DNA from: Vulcanimicrobiota bacterium
GTDB lineage: Bacteria; Vulcanimicrobiota; Vulcanimicrobiia; Vulcanimicrobiales; Vulcanimicrobiaceae
DNA length: 64,000 nucleotides
NCBI GenBank assembly: GCA_963723515.1
Contig: CAVRQT010000003.1
Coordinates: 32,001 to 96,000, forward strand
Direction of reading: 5' to 3'
The notes beneath the pieces were generated by a model. The model was not told where the DNA came from. It saw nothing but the letters and a program-made list of their open reading frames with translations, and searched no databases. Numbering within the stretch: position 1 is the stretch's first letter; each line of letters opens with the position of its first letter. Of this stretch, positions 59,901-64,000 are shown piece after piece. The position numbers and the translations under genes were made by a program.

Positions 59901-62559
59901 GCAGCTCAACGTGCACCGCTTTTCCGCTTGACGCCGTGCCGTTCGGATCGGTGACGATGAGTTTGATCGGAAACGGCTTGTTTTCGTCACCAACGAAATC
60001 GTGTTGCAAGCCGATCAGCTGATCCGTTGGCAATGCCGTGAACGTCTTCGAGTCCGAAACCGAGAGATGCGAGACATCGCTGACCTCAAAGTCGACGCGG
60101 TAGTCCATCGGATAGGGCAAATCGTCGGCGACGTGCACGCCTTGCGACGCATGCCCTTGCGCATCGAGCGTTGTGTCTTGCTGAAGGACATCCGATTCGA
60201 CCGTCGGCGCTTCGTCCGGCCAGAACCACTGGCGGCCGAAAGCGTAGTTGTCCCATCCTTTTGGCTGCAGGGTCGCCTGCTGACGCGTCACGTAGAAGCG
60301 CGCGTTTGCGCCTTGCAGCGGCGCCCCGAAGAGGTAACTACTGCTGCCGGTCGCGCTAACTTCAGAACCGACCGCGGCGAATTTCTTGCTGAGCGCAAGT
60401 GACGCGTTGAAGTTCGGCGGCTTGAACTCCGCCACGCGCAGATCGCCGTCTAACTCGGTTCCATTTTCACCGACCGCCTTGATCGAGTAGTATCCCAGCG
60501 GCTGGTTCGTTTTGACGTTCCAGCGCCATGAAAAGATGCCGTATTCGTCGGTGAGCGCGGTTCCGAGCCGAGTCTCGGTGCCGTTGGAATCGCTGATTGA
60601 AATCGTATATTTTGCATGCGCGTCGCGTTTGATTGACCCATTTTGCAGGTAGTAGGCCACGCCGGTAAACATGGCATGCTCGCCTGGCTGATACATCTGG
60701 CGGTCGGAGAAGATCTGCCCGCGCGACATCGGCTTTCCGTTTGACCAGCCGAGATAGACGCCGTACGAGTATCCCGATGAGTCGTCAAGGGGCGTGTAGG
60801 TCCAATCCGCGCCGTCGCGGGCGATGATGAAAAGCGATGGAGCGGTATCGCTCGCAGCGCCTGCCGAGCAGCGCTCGACATCGATCAACGCAAGTTGGGC
60901 GGCGCCGTTGACATCGGTGCGTGCGGTCGCGCAAGGCGAAGACGTTTTTTCGCGATAGACTTCAATGGTCGATCCTGAAACAGGGCTTCCGTCGGAGAGG
61001 TGTTCGACTCCAAAGTAGGCGGCTTGCGGAAAAATTTGCGCGAACACACCCAGATTCGTTAGGCCGACGAGTCCGTAATAGGTTGCGTGGTCGTGCGGTG
61101 CGGCGCGCGCCCCATAGGCGAGCAAGCCGCTATTGCTGCCGAGCTTTCCTTGGACCGGAACGTGCAGCGCGAGAATTTCATTGTGCCCAGCGCTTGCCGG
61201 AAACGACGTCCATGAAGCGGGCGAGGGAAGCAGTGATTTGGTCGCGTCGCCGAGATCCGGTGATAAATTCGGCACCTCGGAGGGCGTTACGGCATGATAT
61301 GCCGCCTGATACTTGCCGTCCGGCAAATTGACGGCAGAAAAATCAAGGCGCAAGCGGTTCGTCTTCGCAAAGACATTCAGCCCCGTCGGTGCCCAGAAAT
61401 CTGGCGACAGATCGCTCGTCGAGAAGGTTGCGGTCTGATCTTTTCCAAGCGCCTGACCGAACTGATCTTTGAGAGCGGCGCCGATCTTGACCGTGTACGT
61501 GCGCGTTGGATCGAGCGACCACGCGTTGAGCGGGACGCTTCGATCTCCATCTGAGATGTGCAGAAGCGTCGTTGCGGGGCGGGGCGGTGGAGAAATTGTG
61601 ATCGCAGTGCTTGCCGATGCGGCATCCAAGCCATTGTTGAAGTGCAAGACCGGGTCGCCGTGCACAAAACGGGCTGCTGCTTGCGGATCGGTACCCGTTG
61701 TGCCGACGTTCATCAGCGCGAGCGGACCGTAGGTCTTGAAGCTCCCGCGAAACGTCTTGGTACTCCCCAGATTGCCGCTCGCGGGGTGAACGCCGGGCGA
61801 AATGACGAGCGCATAATCCGCTCCGCTTTCAAGCGCACGGACCGGTTTGATGTCGTAGATATAGTTTCGTAACGACGGATCGAACGATTCGGCGGCGTTG
61901 CTTTGAGGAGGCGGCGTCGCTGTTTTCTCGAGCGTTGCCGTGACCGCCGTCGACGCGTTGTCTTTCTTCGCGACCAATGCGGTGTTCTCGGCGAGCGAAC
62001 CCGTGTCAACTTGCGTGTTCGCCGTGACTTTGAGCGTCGGTGTCCGCTCGAGCGGAGTTAGGTCCTCATCGGTTTGTTCGCCGGGCAGATCCTTGAAATC
62101 AATCGCGGCGCTCGTAAACGTCCATGCGAAATCTTTTGCGAGGCGATCGTTCTTGAGATCGGTCAAGCCCGACGTGACGACCACCTTGAAGCGGCTCGCT
62201 CTTGGAATCGCTTGATCGGCTTGAAAGCCGACCATGCGCGGTGTCAAGAAGCGAAAATGCCCCGCGATCCTGGGCTCGATGCGAAAATATTTGAGCTTTG
62301 CGCTTTCGGATGGACTCTCTAATTGCTCGAGCGGGATCAACGGCTCTTTGAAGATGACGCGAATCTGGGCAAGCGTATCCGCTTCGCCTTGCGGCCCGTA
62401 GTCGGCAATCCAGTTCGGCAACGCAGGCGCAGGGAGCGGAGAAACTGCTGCTAGGGGTGCCGGCATAAGCGTACGTTGGCAGCCCGCCAGAGCAACGCAA
62501 AGCGCTAAGCAGCAACCAAGGGGCCACCTAAAACCAGTAGTCCCGCTCCAAGAAAGCAT
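56908..62559 (-). CDS. Bacterial alpha-2-macroglobulin family lipoprotein (no thioester motif)
   Basis: 1883 aa; lipobox LAGC; FSDRQMYQPGE, VAEFKPP, VRRNF, LPDDVTTWRVMA, DPLPAGLEAV, YAPEEFGRS. Confidence 0.92.
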   Translation of the reverse strand: MLSWSGTTGFRWPLGCCLALCVALAGCQRTLMPAPLAAVSPLPAPALPNWIADYGPQGEADTLAQIRVIFKEPLIPLEQLESPSESAKLKYFRIEPRIAGHFRFLTPRMVGFQADQAIPRASRFKVVVTSGLTDLKNDRLAKDFAWTFTSAAIDFKDLPGEQTDEDLTPLERTPTLKVTANTQVDTGSLAENTALVAKKDNASTAVTATLEKTATPPPQSNAAESFDPSLRNYIYDIKPVRALESGADYALVISPGVHPASGNLGSTKTFRGSFKTYGPLALMNVGTTGTDPQAAARFVHGDPVLHFNNGLDAASASTAITISPPPRPATTLLHISDGDRSVPLNAWSLDPTRTYTVKIGAALKDQFGQALGKDQTATFSTSDLSPDFWAPTGLNVFAKTNRLRLDFSAVNLPDGKYQAAYHAVTPSEVPNLSPDLGDATKSLLPSPASWTSFPASAGHNEILALHVPVQGKLGSNSGLLAYGARAAPHDHATYYGLVGLTNLGVFAQIFPQAAYFGVEHLSDGSPVSGSTIEVYREKTSSPCATARTDVNGAAQLALIDVERCSAGAASDTAPSLFIIARDGADWTYTPLDDSSGYSYGVYLGWSNGKPMSRGQIFSDRQMYQPGEHAMFTGVAYYLQNGSIKRDAHAKYTISISDSNGTETRLGTALTDEYGIFSWRWNVKTNQPLGYYSIKAVGENGTELDGDLRVAEFKPPNFNASLALSKKFAAVGSEVSATGSSSYLFGAPLQGANARFYVTRQQATLQPKGWDNYAFGRQWFWPDEAPTVESDVLQQDTTLDAQGHASQGVHVADDLPYPMDYRVDFEVSDVSHLSVSDSKTFTALPTDQLIGLQHDFVGDENKPFPIKLIVTDPNGTASSGKAVHVELQLMDFSAATQLIEGGESARNAVKYTTLAQTDVTSSGTPVTVSLTPPKAGAYRIRANFAGAKSDATQTDTQIWISGPEAVRWSSENPSQLKVSLDKSTYHTGDVATALLQSPYPQADVYFSVVRQNVLYKSVEHVTGGAPRVHFRITPGMLPNAAVQAVLVRRGKPLQQLAAGSLDSLVRIGFASFSTNVDRKHLKVAIHPANAITTPGGPQRVSLTLKDFGGRAMRGEFAVMVVNDAILQLTGYRLPDLVQTVYAEQPISTRLSDNRPSVVLMPLTSPIAKGFGYGGGFMEGAGSTRVRRNFQPLAFYNGALKTDTGGNAQFSFTLPDDVTTWRVMAIAVGGQGQDYRFGVSDATFISRKPVLANPLLPQFARTGDRLQGGISLTNTTGNAGQANVAGTLTGALQFDQNGARSSTAHLQTDAATGTQAIRFPMLVGEPQPTTMQFNATLGPHSDAFEVPFEVRNADVTETFTQAGATQTNTSLPLSLSAPGALSIWLGNSVIPQIVAPAQSVLQTETAPFVEPAASRLIIAASLKQLAPKIGQPVKVNLIDEARTDVATLAKLKKDDGGLAAWPGGDSEPFMSGYAAQALGRAQRAGLPVDQSLIAGLKKYLSDTLANPGKLNWCRAASCKADVRLQMLLALSELGNTRSDFVPSIYDQREQFSFAGKARLARYLLSVPGWQSQGRALAKKMQETLYLTARNATANVPGSWEWLDSKDVAQAQLVRLLLALHASPELLDNAVRTLSIVHCECAFLNTYDTAQKLMALTDYASVQPANQNFRVVAVVGSNTVGTVQFSGSRPIAHQLSVNAQSVGSGQKTLTFQKSGNGTLHYVVAYTYRLTGEQAGALSGLRVTRSVRRANDEPVVAQMGLSKPAPVTLGAAAVYDIGLEIITDHPVDHVMITDPLPAGLEAVDTAFQTSTPFFAAQAQSWQINYQTIYKDRIFAYADHLDAGIYSLHYLVRSVTSGTFAWPGAEAHLQYAPEEFGRSAATTLTISG

Positions 62560-62604
62560 GGGCTTGCCTCCGACGGTCCGAATTCACCGCGCACCACGAC
62601 AACC

Positions 62605-64000
62605 ATGCAAGCGATAAGCCGCGGCTTCCGGATCGGCGCGGTGCTTCTGGCACTGTTTACAGCTGCCGACATCGCATTCCACGCGCGTTTTCCGATCAGA
62701 ATCGCTGAGGCGCCGCGTTCTGCAAGCGAGATCGCCTTCGTCGATCGAAGCGGTTTGCCGTTAGGAACGATTTTGCCGTCGGATGGAAATCGCCAGGCAT
62801 CCGTTCCGCTTGGGAAGATCTCCCCATCGTTCTTGCAGGCCGTCGTTGCGAGTGAAGATGCCCGTTTTTGGCAGCATCATGGGGTCGATGCGTTCGCGCT
62901 GGCACGGGCGCTGCGACAGTTTCTTGCGAACGGACGCGCACAAAGCGGTGCGTCAACGATCACAATGCAGATCGCGCGAATGCGGTTCGGCATTCCGTCG
63001 ACGTGGCGCGGAAAACTGCGCGAGATGTGGCTTGCGGAGCGAATTGAAAGCGGCTCGACCAAATCACAAATTCTCGCCGCATACGCGAACCGTGTGCCGA
63101 TGGGCGGCAACCTCTACGGCGTTGAAAGTGCGGCTCGCGCATACTTCGGCGAGTCGGCGGATGAACTCGATCTGGCGCAATCCGCATTACTGGCTGCCAT
63201 CCCAAATGATCCGCCGCATTTGAATCCGCGCACGCACTGGACGGCGCTGAAGAGCGGCCAGCGTTACGTTCTGCAACGCATGGTCTTAAACGGATACATC
63301 ACGGATGTGCAAGCAAGGCGCGCGCAAGCCGAGGAAATAGCTCTTGCGGCGCCGGCGCAGGGCTGGATCGCCGCGCCGCATCTGCTGTTCGCATTAGCGC
63401 TTCACGCGCCGGCCGGTATTAGCCAGATCCAAACCACGATCGACAGACCCTTGCAGCGCTACGTCGAGGCGCAACTGCGCGCCGTCTTGCGCGCGCTCAG
63501 CGATCGAAATGTCGGCGAAGGCGCGGTGTTGGTCGTCGACAATGCGACGGGAGATGTTCTCGCATACGCTGGTTCTGCGGATTATACGGATGCGGCGCGC
63601 CGTGGACAGAACGACGGAGTCATCGCGTTGCGGCAGCCCGGCTCAGCGCTCAAGCCGTTTCTCTACGAGGTGGCGCTCGAACGCGGCGACATTTTGCCCA
63701 ACACGATTTTGGCCGATGTTCCGACGACGTATGCGGTCACGAACGGACAGCTGTACAGGCCGGCTGATTACAGCAATGCATATATGGGGCCGGTGCGCGT
63801 TCGTGCGGCGCTGGCCAATTCGCTCAACGTGCCGGCGGTGCGAGTCCTATCGCAAGTAGGCACTTCCACATTCCTCGACCGCTTGCACGAACTGGGATTT
63901 TCGCATTTGAGGAAGAGCCCGGATTACTACGGGCTCGGTCTGACGCTCGGCGGCGGCGAGGTGACATTGTGGGAACTCGTTCACGGCTACGTCACGATGG
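62605..64000 (+). CDS. pbpC: Penicillin-binding protein 1C (3' truncated by window)
   Basis: Open frame from ATG 62605: SEDARFWQHHGVD, SGASTITMQ, RQPGSALKPFLY, LANSLNVPAV; adjacent to the a2M gene. Confidence 0.9.
   Translation, partial: MQAISRGFRIGAVLLALFTAADIAFHARFPIRIAEAPRSASEIAFVDRSGLPLGTILPSDGNRQASVPLGKISPSFLQAVVASEDARFWQHHGVDAFALARALRQFLANGRAQSGASTITMQIARMRFGIPSTWRGKLREMWLAERIESGSTKSQILAAYANRVPMGGNLYGVESAARAYFGESADELDLAQSALLAAIPNDPPHLNPRTHWTALKSGQRYVLQRMVLNGYITDVQARRAQAEEIALAAPAQGWIAAPHLLFALALHAPAGISQIQTTIDRPLQRYVEAQLRAVLRALSDRNVGEGAVLVVDNATGDVLAYAGSADYTDAARRGQNDGVIALRQPGSALKPFLYEVALERGDILPNTILADVPTTYAVTNGQLYRPADYSNAYMGPVRVRAALANSLNVPAVRVLSQVGTSTFLDRLHELGFSHLRKSPDYYGLGLTLGGGEVTLWELVHGYVTM

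Overview
GC-rich (roughly 60% by eye) bacterial chromosomal window with Terrabacteria-style gene order (truA-rplM-rpsI, secDF...apt-rel, rpsF-ssb-rpsR-rplI-lonC-dnaB). A lineage such as Ca. Eremiobacterota/Vulcanimicrobiota is plausible but only inferred. Many genes, including essential lysS and secD, carry single-base frameshifts that look like assembly errors. The main feature is a ~13.6 kb cluster (14285-27921) of intact but strongly reduced flagellar-type III export genes: flgB-like, flgC+fliE, a FliF lacking its beta-collar and fused to only the FliG middle domain, fliH, fliI, a FliK-like gene, one rod-like gene, a FliM without the CheY-binding peptide, fliN, fliP/Q/R, flhB and flhA. No stator, filament, L/P-ring or chemotaxis genes are in the window, suggesting a non-rotating flagellum-derived secretion or appendage machine. 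Other points of note: a class III aminotransferase + START protein + acyl-ACP-reductase-like operon (possible alkylamine lipid pathway), a BrnT/HTH toxin-antitoxin islet with a palindromic operator between truA and rplM, a 165-bp MITE-like element, a dispersed REP-like repeat family with nested copies, a HIRAN-RecQ-like helicase in the usual recJ position, a thioester-less alpha-2-macroglobulin divergent from pbpC, and tRNA-Thr(CGT).
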